Of a stretch of DNA of 26,316 nt, positions 18,085 to 24,788 are shown in pieces (position 1 is the first letter of the stretch; each line of letters opens with the position of its first letter). The notes beneath the pieces are model-generated. The model saw only the letters and a list, made by a program, of their open reading frames with translations. It was not told the DNA's origin and made no database searches. Position numbers and translations under genes: made by a program. Origin of the DNA: a virus (lineage: Duplodnaviria; Caudoviricetes); IMG/VR virus record IMGVR_UViG_3300030376_005959, positions 1-26,316 of that record; one strand, given 5' to 3'.

Positions 18085-18360
18085 TTATGCCTGTTCTCGT
18101 CTGAAAAGTTTGTTCATTTGGTAATTAATCTTCCAAAGATTTATATTTGTAATCTTTGAAAATTCAGTATCTCCAACTTGATGCCATTGTTGGTGATGTT
18201 GTCGGCAAAGGGGAACACAAGAAAAATCCTCCTCCAAGTCTTTTTTCCTATTGCTCCCCATGCCTATCGTATCCAAGTGGTGTGCATCAACAGGAGAATC
18301 ACCACACACGCTACAACCAAAAGTTTTAACAAGATTTATAAAGTCCTTATTTAAGCTCAC
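18085..18360 (-). CDS. DUF968/HNH-like zinc-binding putative nuclease
   Basis: CSVCG..DAHHL…VPLCRQHHQQWH motif. Confidence 0.78.
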   Translation of the reverse strand: MSLNKDFINLVKTFGCSVCGDSPVDAHHLDTIGMGSNRKKDLEEDFSCVPLCRQHHQQWHQVGDTEFSKITNINLWKINYQMNKLFRREQA

Positions 18361-18727
18361 GATACAAGGTGTCTTTTAGGTCTTTGTTTTCTGCTTCTAA
18401 ACATTCATTGTGATTGTATAACTCATTCATTCTAACAATCATTTCACCAAGTGTCTTTACTGTCATCGTAGCGTAAGAACCTGTCCGATTGCCTTTAAAG
18501 ATTTGAAAATCAACTTCTTCATTTGGGATATAAAACGGTGATATTTGTGCTTTACATTTAGCCTGCCATTTATACTCTTCATTGAGCGTACCATCAACTC
18601 CTTCAGTAAGACCCATAGAACGACCATCACTCCCCCAAGCACGCCTACAAGGTAAGCCAACAGCCTCAAAAAAATTAACAATCCATCTTTCAAATGTATT
18701 CCCCTTTATTTTACTTTTGTTGGGCAT
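18347..18727 (-). CDS. Holliday junction resolvase, Hjc-like PD-(D/E)XK
   Basis: MPNKSKIKGNTFER…RAWGSDG…VDG…QAK. The likely start is MPNK at 18727 rather than 18772. Confidence 0.75.
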   Translation of the reverse strand: MPNKSKIKGNTFERWIVNFFEAVGLPCRRAWGSDGRSMGLTEGVDGTLNEEYKWQAKCKAQISPFYIPNEEVDFQIFKGNRTGSYATMTVKTLGEMIVRMNELYNHNECLEAENKDLKDTLYRELK

Positions 18728-18938
18728 CTTCCCACTCCTTATATCTTCTGTTTTGCCTGTATTTAGTTCCAAATTCTTCTCTTACTGCACACGCCTTGCA
18801 TACTGTTTTGTTTTCAGGATTAGGCAATAGTTTTATAATCGCAGCGTGTGGCTTTAAAATATAAAATATAGCGTTCTTTTTATAATTCCCACAACTCTCA
18901 CACTTCCTCGTCTGTTTTGTCGTTGGTGTAATCCTCAA
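18711..18938 (-). CDS. Small zinc-finger protein
   Basis: CESC…CKAC pair; overlaps its neighbours in the operon. Confidence 0.6.
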   Translation of the reverse strand: MRITPTTKQTRKCESCGNYKKNAIFYILKPHAAIIKLLPNPENKTVCKACAVREEFGTKYRQNRRYKEWEDAQQK

Positions 18939-19161
18939 TAAACTTCACTCCTCTTTTGTTTAAATTCATATTAACCAACTCGTGTAATCTTTTTTGGGTT
19001 ATTTTTATTAAACTCTCTGTAACTTTAGTCCCAAACTCTGTAGTCTTTCCAAATAAGAAGTTCCCGTCATCGTCATACACAGATAGCCTTTTAAACTTTG
19101 CTAACTGACCCCTATACATAGCCATTATACTATCTCTTGCCCTTTGACTTGCTGTTCTCAT
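18898..19161 (-). CDS. Hypothetical protein
   Basis: 87 aa, GAGGA SD, within the operon. Confidence 0.6.
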   Translation of the reverse strand: MRTASQRARDSIMAMYRGQLAKFKRLSVYDDDGNFLFGKTTEFGTKVTESLIKITQKRLHELVNMNLNKRGVKFIEDYTNDKTDEEV

Positions 19162-19335
19162 TTAGTTCCTCTCTGTGTTGTGTCCAACTTTAAATTTTAA
19201 ATCTTCCATATATTCATCATATAATTGTTTAGATTTTTCCTGTAAAATTATGTTAGCTATCAAAACTTTTAACTTGAAAATTTGCCACCATAAATATAAG
19301 GCTACAACAAAGAGAAATGCTAACCCTATAATCAC
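19162..19335 (-). CDS. Small membrane protein (57 aa, GTG start; not in ORF track)
   Basis: MIIGLAFLFVVALYLWWQIFKLKVLIANIILQEKSKQLYDEYMEDLKFKVGHNTERN. GTGA overlap, GAGGT SD; exactly fills the gap. Confidence 0.65.
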   Translation of the reverse strand: MIIGLAFLFVVALYLWWQIFKLKVLIANIILQEKSKQLYDEYMEDLKFKVGHNTERN

Positions 19336-19508
19336 TTTTTGACCTCACAAAATAACTTGCATTTCGTACACATAGGCTTATCGTAATACATTTTTATTTC
19401 CTCACTATGACACGCACTCAAGGGTTGCCTATTTAATCTGTTTATATCCCAATAAATAACAGACAATGCAAATACAAACCAAAAAGATAATACTAACTTA
19501 TAATCCAT
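19332..19508 (-). CDS. Small membrane-anchored Cys-rich protein
   Basis: Start MDYKL at 19508 with AAGGAG SD. TM helix followed by SACH…CTKCKLFC. Confidence 0.6.
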   Translation of the reverse strand: MDYKLVLSFWFVFALSVIYWDINRLNRQPLSACHSEEIKMYYDKPMCTKCKLFCEVKK

Positions 19509-19670
19509 AACTCTCCTTTGTATCCACAGCCACAAGTTTGTTCTTTCGTGGTTTTGCTCCTACACGCAACTGAAAATCACTCGCCTGTGGCTCTATTGGA
19601 TAATGGGGAAGGCATAGATGAGGAGAAAACAAACGGAAAACTCCTCATAGGGTGAAAGGGTAACCCTTGA

Positions 19671-19874
19671 CTATGCCTCTAAAATTTCTTTTTCTGTTTC
19701 CCTTGCAATAGGATTATCAATGTGCTTTAACCCCTCTAAAGCCACATTTAACTGCTTAACCACCCTGTTAAGACAATCAACAGCTTCAGTTAGCTCTTGT
19801 TCAAGCTCCCTAATCCTTTGCTCCTTGCTCCATAAATCCTTCATTATTTCCTTGTCTTGATATTCTTCGTCCAT
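19671..19874 (-). CDS. Hypothetical coiled-coil protein
   Basis: 67 aa with AGGAGG SD. Confidence 0.65.
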   Translation of the reverse strand: MDEEYQDKEIMKDLWSKEQRIRELEQELTEAVDCLNRVVKQLNVALEGLKHIDNPIARETEKEILEA

Positions 19875-19900
19875 AAATCCCTCCTATAAACTTTGAATAA

Positions 19901-20299
19901 CTATTTTCTACGAGATACATCTAAACTTTTCCCACAGCACAGGCTTTGCTCTAAATGTATTTTAAACTTATCATAAAAATCATTTTTACCACAAGCAGAG
20001 CAATAACCTTGCCTAAAATTCCCTGTAGTATCTGTTTTATAATCTATTGCTTTTAGTTTTTGAGTTTCAACTACCTCAATCTCAAACTCATCTTCCCAAT
20101 TCTCACCATTAATAAAAGTTGAGGGATGTTTTATAAATTGCTTCTCTGTGCCTTGAGCATCAATTTGTTTTATATACATCTTTACACCCTCAATACATTC
20201 TAATTGTGTTTTTTTAGCAAGTTTGTTAAAATAATTTTTTGCCCTTTTTTTCTCTTTTTTTCTTGGGTATATTGCCCAAAAATCATCAAAATTACCCAT
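19901..20299 (-). CDS. Replication initiator-like protein (C-terminal-type domain plus Zn ribbon)
   Basis: FDDFWAIYPRKKEKKRA…HPSTFINGENWEDE is the conserved C-terminal domain of phage replisome organizers, followed by CSAC…CC. Start MGNF is preceded by AAGGGG. Confidence 0.65.
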   Translation of the reverse strand: MGNFDDFWAIYPRKKEKKRAKNYFNKLAKKTQLECIEGVKMYIKQIDAQGTEKQFIKHPSTFINGENWEDEFEIEVVETQKLKAIDYKTDTTGNFRQGYCSACGKNDFYDKFKIHLEQSLCCGKSLDVSRRK

Positions 20300-20310
20300 A
20301 ATAGCCCCTT

Positions 20311-20517
20311 CTACCATAATTTAGTAACCTTTCTTTTGTTTCTTTCGTTTTGATTCTTCCTTAAACAAGGTAAGCACCAAGATTTATTTGCCCCATATTC
20401 AGATAAAGGTACATCTTTTTTACACTTATTGCATATCATCCCATTTTCAGTAATACGCAATTTGAACTTTCGGGAGGCGATTTTATTACCACCCCCCATT
20501 TGATTGCCTTGAGCCAT
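20311..20517 (-). CDS. Small zinc-finger protein
   Basis: CNKCKKDVPLSEY…SWCLPC plus a basic tail; the start codon is uncertain. Confidence 0.6.
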   Translation of the reverse strand: MAQGNQMGGGNKIASRKFKLRITENGMICNKCKKDVPLSEYGANKSWCLPCLRKNQNERNKRKVTKLW

Positions 20518-20808
20518 TTAGAATGGTATGTCTTTATCTACTGTTTCTGCAGTCATAGCCTTTTCTTTTTTAGGTGCTACATCAACATTGTTACCATTTG
20601 TCCAAACACACCTCACATTCCCGATAAAGTTTTTCTCTTTCTTGCCTTCTCTTTCTTCTTGTGTTTGGTTTTCTGCGATATAACCTGAATCGCCATAATT
20701 GCTCACCTCATCATTAAGGACAACAGTTACTTGAAGATACTTACCTTTTTGCAATCTGTCCTTGCTTATCTTGGTTACATCTATACTACCTGTTAATATA
20801 CTCGCCAT
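20518..20808 (-). CDS. Putative single-stranded DNA-binding protein
   Basis: Beta-rich core SIDVTKI…GKYL…FIGN and an acidic C-terminal DKDIPF SSB-type tail; adjacent to the SSAP gene. Confidence 0.65.
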   Translation of the reverse strand: MASILTGSIDVTKISKDRLQKGKYLQVTVVLNDEVSNYGDSGYIAENQTQEEREGKKEKNFIGNVRCVWTNGNNVDVAPKKEKAMTAETVDKDIPF

Positions 20809-21361
20809 CTTTATTCTCCTTTATTATGTTGTTTAGTTTGTTAATATATTCATCTGCCTGACTTGTGGTTAATCCTTTAAAGTCAATAGGATTCTTTGTG
20901 TTTGCCTGTAACTCTAATTGCATTATGAAATTCTTCTGCTTTTGTGTAGCAGATTTTGGTGCAGTTTCAACTTTTTTCTCAAAGGAGTCTGCCTCAATTT
21001 CAGAATATATCTGATACTCATAAGCATTTATAAGTTTTAAGGTCAGTCTATCTTTTAATCGCTTTTCAGCCATAGCGTTCATATAAGGCATTTTGCAATT
21101 AGTTGGATTGGCTTCACCATTAGACCATTCAGTTCTATCTCCAAGTGTAGCAGAACCATACAAAACTATATTAGGAGGTTGAGTACAACTTAAATCTTTA
21201 TCAGGCATATCAAATATTATACCCTCTTTATAAGCTATCTTCTCACAGGCATCGTGTGTTAAAATCCACATAGATTTATTGCCCCTTCTCATCTCCCAAA
21301 AATCATCTTTTGTAAGATTGTACTTCTCCTTGATTTCCTTCAGCCTATCTGTATTAGACAT
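20786..21361 (-). CDS. Putative single-strand annealing protein (Rad52/Sak-like superfamily)
   Basis: GEA…N…Y..AMAEKR..DR..LK…YSE.EAD core and ATQKQ…LTTSQADEYI tail; located upstream of the SSB gene. Confidence 0.55.
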   Translation of the reverse strand: MSNTDRLKEIKEKYNLTKDDFWEMRRGNKSMWILTHDACEKIAYKEGIIFDMPDKDLSCTQPPNIVLYGSATLGDRTEWSNGEANPTNCKMPYMNAMAEKRLKDRLTLKLINAYEYQIYSEIEADSFEKKVETAPKSATQKQKNFIMQLELQANTKNPIDFKGLTTSQADEYINKLNNIIKENKDGEYINR

Positions 21362-21542
21362 TGTAAATCTCCTCTGCTTTGCAACCTAATTCTTTACATA
21401 GTCTTGCTACATAAATACCACTTGGTTGCCTGTGATTGTTTACCCAATATGAAAAAGCAGTATCAGAAACTCCCACAATCCTTGCAAGGAAGCTATGCTT
21501 TATCCCTTTCTCGTTCACTATCTTTTTTAAGTTATTTTCCAT
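21354..21542 (-). CDS. XRE-family HTH transcriptional regulator (Cro-like)
   Basis: NNLKKI…LARIVGVSDTAFSYWVNNHRQPS…LCKELG classic HTH_3 pattern. Confidence 0.88.
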   Translation of the reverse strand: MENNLKKIVNEKGIKHSFLARIVGVSDTAFSYWVNNHRQPSGIYVARLCKELGCKAEEIYNV

Positions 21543-21660
21543 AACTACTCCATTTCTGAATTACAAAGTCAATCGCTTCCATACTTACAAAAATAATAAG
21601 CATAAATATAAACCACGATACAAATATAATTCCTGTGTATATTAATATATTGTTAATCAT
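21532..21660 (-). CDS. Small membrane protein (42 aa; not in ORF track)
   Basis: MINNILIYTGIIFVSWFIFMLIIFVSMEAIDFVIQKWSSYGK with AAGGA SD. Confidence 0.6.
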   Translation of the reverse strand: MINNILIYTGIIFVSWFIFMLIIFVSMEAIDFVIQKWSSYGK

Positions 21661-21678
21661 CTTTATTCCTTGTTAGTT

Positions 21679-21708
21679 AATTTACAAACATTAGTTTTAA
21701 AAATACAA
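21679..21708 (-). promoter_or_regulatory. Sigma70-like promoter for the HTH/SSAP/SSB operon, with an operator-like site in the spacer
   Basis: TTGTAT-N18-TAAATT on the - strand; the spacer contains AACTAATGTTT. Confidence 0.55.
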
Positions 21709-21742
21709 ACATAATTTATAATTTATATTTTTCTTTTTTTAT

Positions 21743-22156
21743 TTATTGATTGGAAAAGTGCATTGACAACGCTCTTTCAAGGGTATGATTTTTGAAATCT
21801 TTTTTCTTGATTCTCAACCCTGTCCTGTATGTTTCGTTAAAATGTAGCCACGCTATTGATTTATTATCTGCATCAATAAAGGAAAACAAGTCTACCTCGT
21901 CTTTATTGTAGCTATGCTTAACCTTACATCCCTTATATGCTCTAAATCTTATAGTATCTTTTACAATCTTGTTTTTTCTCCAATCTTTTGGAAGATGTCC
22001 TACTTTTACCTGTATTTTAATCAGACTATTGTTAATATCAATTATAATATCGTATGACGCATTAGATACTTTATGACACAATATTTGATTCATATTTAGT
22101 TCTGACAAAGCAAGATGCTCTCCAAATTCCCCCTTAAACATATTGTTGTTAATCAT
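21743..22156 (-). CDS. PD-(D/E)XK endonuclease (group I intron-associated-like family), free-standing
   Basis: KGEFGEHLA…YDIIID…KIQVK…Y.KDEVDLF motif pattern. Confidence 0.75.
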   Translation of the reverse strand: MINNNMFKGEFGEHLALSELNMNQILCHKVSNASYDIIIDINNSLIKIQVKVGHLPKDWRKNKIVKDTIRFRAYKGCKVKHSYNKDEVDLFSFIDADNKSIAWLHFNETYRTGLRIKKKDFKNHTLERALSMHFSNQ

Positions 22157-22383
22157 ATCAAGTCCTCACTTCTGCGATATGGGTCTTGATTTTCTCTTTC
22201 TAAATAAAGTTCGTTAAATATAGTTTCTTTGGTTTTATTATTACCGAACTCTAAATCTTTATACAGGTTCTCGGCATCCTCATCAAAGTATTGTATATAG
22301 TCGTATTCGCTGAAATATATACAGATTTCTTTTTTTTGATGGTTATACTCCCAAGATGGATAATCGCCATTATAATCACTCAT
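22153..22383 (-). CDS. Hypothetical acidic protein
   Basis: 76 aa, AAGGA SD, ATGA overlap. Confidence 0.6.
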   Translation of the reverse strand: MSDYNGDYPSWEYNHQKKEICIYFSEYDYIQYFDEDAENLYKDLEFGNNKTKETIFNELYLERENQDPYRRSEDLI

Positions 22384-22384
22384 T

Positions 22385-22498
22385 TTAGCATCCTTTCAAA
22401 AATTTAGCGACTAAATATAATAACCCCATAAAGCCACCGATTGAAGCGAAGAACTTAAACATCTTCCAATAGTCTTGTAATATTTGCTTAATATTCAT
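22385..22498 (-). CDS. Small membrane peptide (37 aa; not in ORF track)
   Basis: MNIKQILQDYWKMFKFFASIGGFMGLLYLVAKFLKGC with TAAAATG junctions on both sides. Confidence 0.6.
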   Translation of the reverse strand: MNIKQILQDYWKMFKFFASIGGFMGLLYLVAKFLKGC

Positions 22499-22499
22499 T

Positions 22500-22658
22500 T
22501 TATAATTTCCCATCATAAGGTTCTGCTGAACACATAACGACACAATTTGTCAGTTCGTTTAACTTGTTTTCAAAAGCATTAGCCATTTCTTCTACATCAA
22601 TGACTTTGTTACCCTTATCATCAGTATAATAATATATAGGTATTTCTATTTTTTTCAT
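22500..22658 (-). CDS. Hypothetical protein (52 aa; not in ORF track)
   Basis: MKKIEIPIYYYTDDKGNKVIDVEEMANAFENKLNELTNCVVMCSAEPYDGKL with AAGGGGG SD. Confidence 0.7.
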   Translation of the reverse strand: MKKIEIPIYYYTDDKGNKVIDVEEMANAFENKLNELTNCVVMCSAEPYDGKL

Positions 22659-22659
22659 T

Positions 22660-22857
22660 TTATAATTCCCCTTTTAATTGGTGTTGCATCATTTCTAAAC
22701 ATTCAACCCACCCACTTATATTCGCCCACTCTGTTTCAATCATAGGCTTGTGTTTAAGGTTGCTTTTTTCTTGTTTTAGTACGCCTTCTATTTCAGACAT
22801 TAATTTTATTCTTAAATGATTAACGCCATCTGTATAACCTTGTTTATATTCGTTCAT
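22660..22857 (-). CDS. Hypothetical protein
   Basis: 65 aa; YKQGYTDG and GWVECL motifs; tightly packed with neighbours. Confidence 0.65.
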   Translation of the reverse strand: MNEYKQGYTDGVNHLRIKLMSEIEGVLKQEKSNLKHKPMIETEWANISGWVECLEMMQHQLKGEL

Positions 22858-22858
22858 T

Positions 22859-23057
22859 TTAGTTCATCCTCAATCATTCTTGTTGTTTTAAATAACTCTT
22901 TATCAAAACCATTTATAATACTCTTAAGCCCATCAAGTATGTCCTTTTCTCTTTTATCCTCATAATCAAGAATCCCATTCAGGTCATACCATACATCTTT
23001 TAGGTCTGATATTATATCGTCATAACTATGTATATTGTTTAGTATTTTATCGTTCAT
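22859..23057 (-). CDS. Hypothetical acidic helical protein (ORF track 22854..23057)
   Basis: 67 aa with GAGGA SD; the stop overlaps the next start (ATGA at 22854-22857). Confidence 0.6.
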
Positions 23058-23058
23058 T

Positions 23059-23307
23059 TTATACTTCCTCTCTTATTATTCTCTTTAACCATACATTAGC
23101 TACATCTATTGACTCTATCTGCCTATACCTTTCTTCAGCAATCTCTCTATCATCTTCATCAAGTCCTTCATAAATAGGCTCACCACAATCATCAAACCTA
23201 ATTTCATTTTTCCATATTTCACATAGATACCCACTTAAATCAAATAATATATCGCTTACTTGCTCAATATCTCTTTTATCTTGTTCTGTTATTTTTTTAC
23301 TAGCCAT
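23059..23307 (-). CDS. Hypothetical acidic protein
   Basis: 82 aa with AAGGA SD. Confidence 0.65.
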   Translation of the reverse strand: MASKKITEQDKRDIEQVSDILFDLSGYLCEIWKNEIRFDDCGEPIYEGLDEDDREIAEERYRQIESIDVANVWLKRIIREEV

Positions 23308-23308
23308 C

Positions 23309-23464
23309 CTATATTTCCTTTCGTATTTGGTTTATATCGTCCTTTAAATTATTAGTGGTGTTTATAATACCATCTAATATTTTAGATTGTTTTTTTTGTT
23401 TTTCTATTAAATCCCTTAATATTTCCTCATTGTGTGTTAATATCTTGAATATTGTCTGTTCCAT
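23309..23464 (-). CDS. Hypothetical coiled-coil protein (51 aa; not in ORF track)
   Basis: MEQTIFKILTHNEEILRDLIEKQKKQSKILDGIINTTNNLKDDINQIRKEI. AAGGGGA SD, TAATG overlap. Confidence 0.65.
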   Translation of the reverse strand: MEQTIFKILTHNEEILRDLIEKQKKQSKILDGIINTTNNLKDDINQIRKEI

Positions 23465-23613
23465 TAAATTATCCCCTTTGCAATTTTTCTAAATTCTTCT
23501 TTTGTTAGGCTGATTTCATCAATATCATTAAAAATATTCCTTTTTCTAATTCTAATGCTGTCCTCACATTGTCTAACATCAATTTTTTTATCTGAAAATA
23601 TTATCTGCTCCAT
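23464..23613 (-). CDS. Hypothetical protein (49 aa; not in ORF track)
   Basis: MEQIIFSDKKIDVRQCEDSIRIRKRNIFNDIDEISLTKEEFRKIAKGII. GAGGA SD, TAATG overlaps. Confidence 0.65.
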   Translation of the reverse strand: MEQIIFSDKKIDVRQCEDSIRIRKRNIFNDIDEISLTKEEFRKIAKGII

Positions 23614-23795
23614 TACGCTAATTCCTCTTTCCATTTTAAAAACAATTTATAATTATCGTCTTGCATCATAAATTCAGTTTTGTCATAAGGGTTAAGAAAT
23701 ACATTATTTCTAATCTCCCAATCCTTACAAGTTTCAAACCATTCTTCTTGCTGAACTTTGACAAGTCTATTATCAACTGATATGTTTACTTTCAC
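23613..23795 (-). CDS. Hypothetical protein, first gene of the leftward operon
   Basis: GTG start with AAGGGGA SD, just downstream of the leftward promoter. Confidence 0.6.
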   Translation of the reverse strand: MKVNISVDNRLVKVQQEEWFETCKDWEIRNNVFLNPYDKTEFMMQDDNYKLFLKWKEELA

Positions 23796-23822
23796 TTTAT
23801 ATTCCCCTTTCTTAACTACTAT

Positions 23823-23852
23823 AACTTATTAACAAATGTTTATATGATGCAA
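23823..23852 (-). promoter_or_regulatory. Leftward sigma70-like promoter with an operator in the spacer
   Basis: TTGCAT-N18-TAAGTT; overlaps TATTAACAAATGTTTA (23827-23842). Confidence 0.6.
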
Positions 23853-23914
23853 GTATTATTTTAACAAAAGTTAAAGTTTTTTAGTTTATAGAGGAGAAAA
23901 AGTTTATTTCAAAG

Positions 23915-23944
23915 TTGTCCGATTATTATTTAAAGATATATCTT
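23915..23944 (+). promoter_or_regulatory. Candidate promoter for the structured RNA
   Basis: TTGTCC-N18-TATCTT, ending 8 nt before the first paired base of the predicted RNA; same spacing as the three other promoters. Confidence 0.4.
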
Positions 23945-23952
23945 GTATAGTC

Positions 23953-24107
23953 TTTGTAGATGTTTTAGATTACTCGCCCTGTGGATTGGTATGCAACACT
24001 TGTAGCACAGGGATTTAAGACTCCATACTACAAGGGGTTTGCAACATATGGAGAAGGCATAGCCTAAAGTAACCAATGCCTGTTGCTTGAGATTTACATC
24101 TGACAAA
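23953..24107 (+). ncRNA. Putative structured non-coding RNA (four-helix junction with loop-loop pairings), family unknown
   Basis: Closing stem plus three perfect 6-7 bp stems and three loop complementarities, in non-coding DNA that is more GC-rich than its flanks. Confidence 0.6.
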
Positions 24108-24177
24108 TAGCTTACTGCTCTAATTAGTGTAAAATGATTAGGGTATCCATTTTTTCGGCTCGGCTCGGAGGAATTAA

Positions 24178-24226
24178 GGATAAGGTCAAACCTTCGTTAA
24201 GGCGAGGGGTTGGCGAAGCCTTATCC
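24178..24226 (+). other. Long GC-rich hairpin
   Basis: GGATAAGG/CCTTATCC outer stem and CCTTCG/CGAGGG inner stem with G-U pairs on the + strand. Confidence 0.6.
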
Positions 24227-24266
24227 GATTTTCAACTCTCTCAAAGGAATTAAGTAAGAACTAAAA

Positions 24267-24360
24267 GTATAAGAGTAAATTATAAAGTAAAATTATAAGT
24301 ACGATTTATAAAATATAGGTCAAAATTATAAAGCAAAATTATAATATAGATTTATAATAT
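24267..24360. repeat. AT-rich 13-bp-phased repeats (iteron/DUE-like; candidate origin)
   Basis: TTATAA at 24280, 24293, 24306 and at 24326, 24339, 24352, plus GTATAA at 24267; the triplet is duplicated with a 46-bp period. Confidence 0.7.
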
Positions 24361-24535
24361 AAAAATACATCAAAAATCTTGCCTCATTATTAGATTAATT
24401 GCATAATACAAGTAATTACAAATTATGTAAAATTACCCGAAATTAGACTAATTTTTAAATGTAATACAATTACCACCACAAAAACAACAAAAAACTTTTT
24501 TCTCCTCGTGAAAACATCTTTTTTATCTTTTTTAC

Positions 24536-24565
24536 TTGCTTTATATATTAACAAATGTTTAATAT
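24536..24565 (+). promoter_or_regulatory. Rightward sigma70-like promoter with an operator in the spacer
   Basis: TTGCTT-N18-TAATAT; overlaps TATTAACAAATGTTTA (24546-24561). Confidence 0.6.
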
Positions 24566-24608
24566 TAGGGCGTTGTTAGAAATCAAATAATAAAAAAGGG
24601 AATTGAAA

Positions 24609-24779
24609 ATGAAACAAGAAAATTGCAAAACATGTAACGGCAAGGGGTTTAAGTTTTTTACATCCACAGAGATTGATAAATGGTGTGAAATGGGCGGAGA
24701 TTATTTTAATATATCTAATAAGTGTCCCGATTGTGAGAACGATTCATACGATTGTGGCGGAGTGTTTCCAAGAATATAA
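24609..24779 (+). CDS. Small DnaJ-type zinc-finger protein (56 aa; not in ORF track)
   Basis: MKQENCKTCNGKG…KCPDC…; CxxCxGxG motif; AAGGGA SD; first gene after the rightward promoter. Confidence 0.75.
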   Translation: MKQENCKTCNGKGFKFFTSTEIDKWCEMGGDYFNISNKCPDCENDSYDCGGVFPRI

Positions 24780-24788
24780 AACGATTTT

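Noticed and set aside
19521-19602. Hammerhead ribozyme or c-di-GMP-I riboswitch identity for the structured element
   Set aside because: CGAAA and GCAAAACC-like words are present, but there is no CUGANGA core and the GEMM stems cannot be completed. Kept only as an unclassified structure.
18463-21645. Track ORFs 18463..18693, 18582..18830, 20500..20688 and 21436..21645
   Set aside because: They overlap better-supported genes in other frames or on the opposite strand.
23953-24107. tRNA or tmRNA identity of the cloverleaf-like structure
   Set aside because: Loops are too large (15-22 nt), with no TTCRA T-loop, no 7-nt anticodon loop, no CCA end and no tag ORF.
24267-24360. CRISPR array
   Set aside because: Repeats are 13-bp AT-rich units without unique 25-40 bp spacers; no cas genes.
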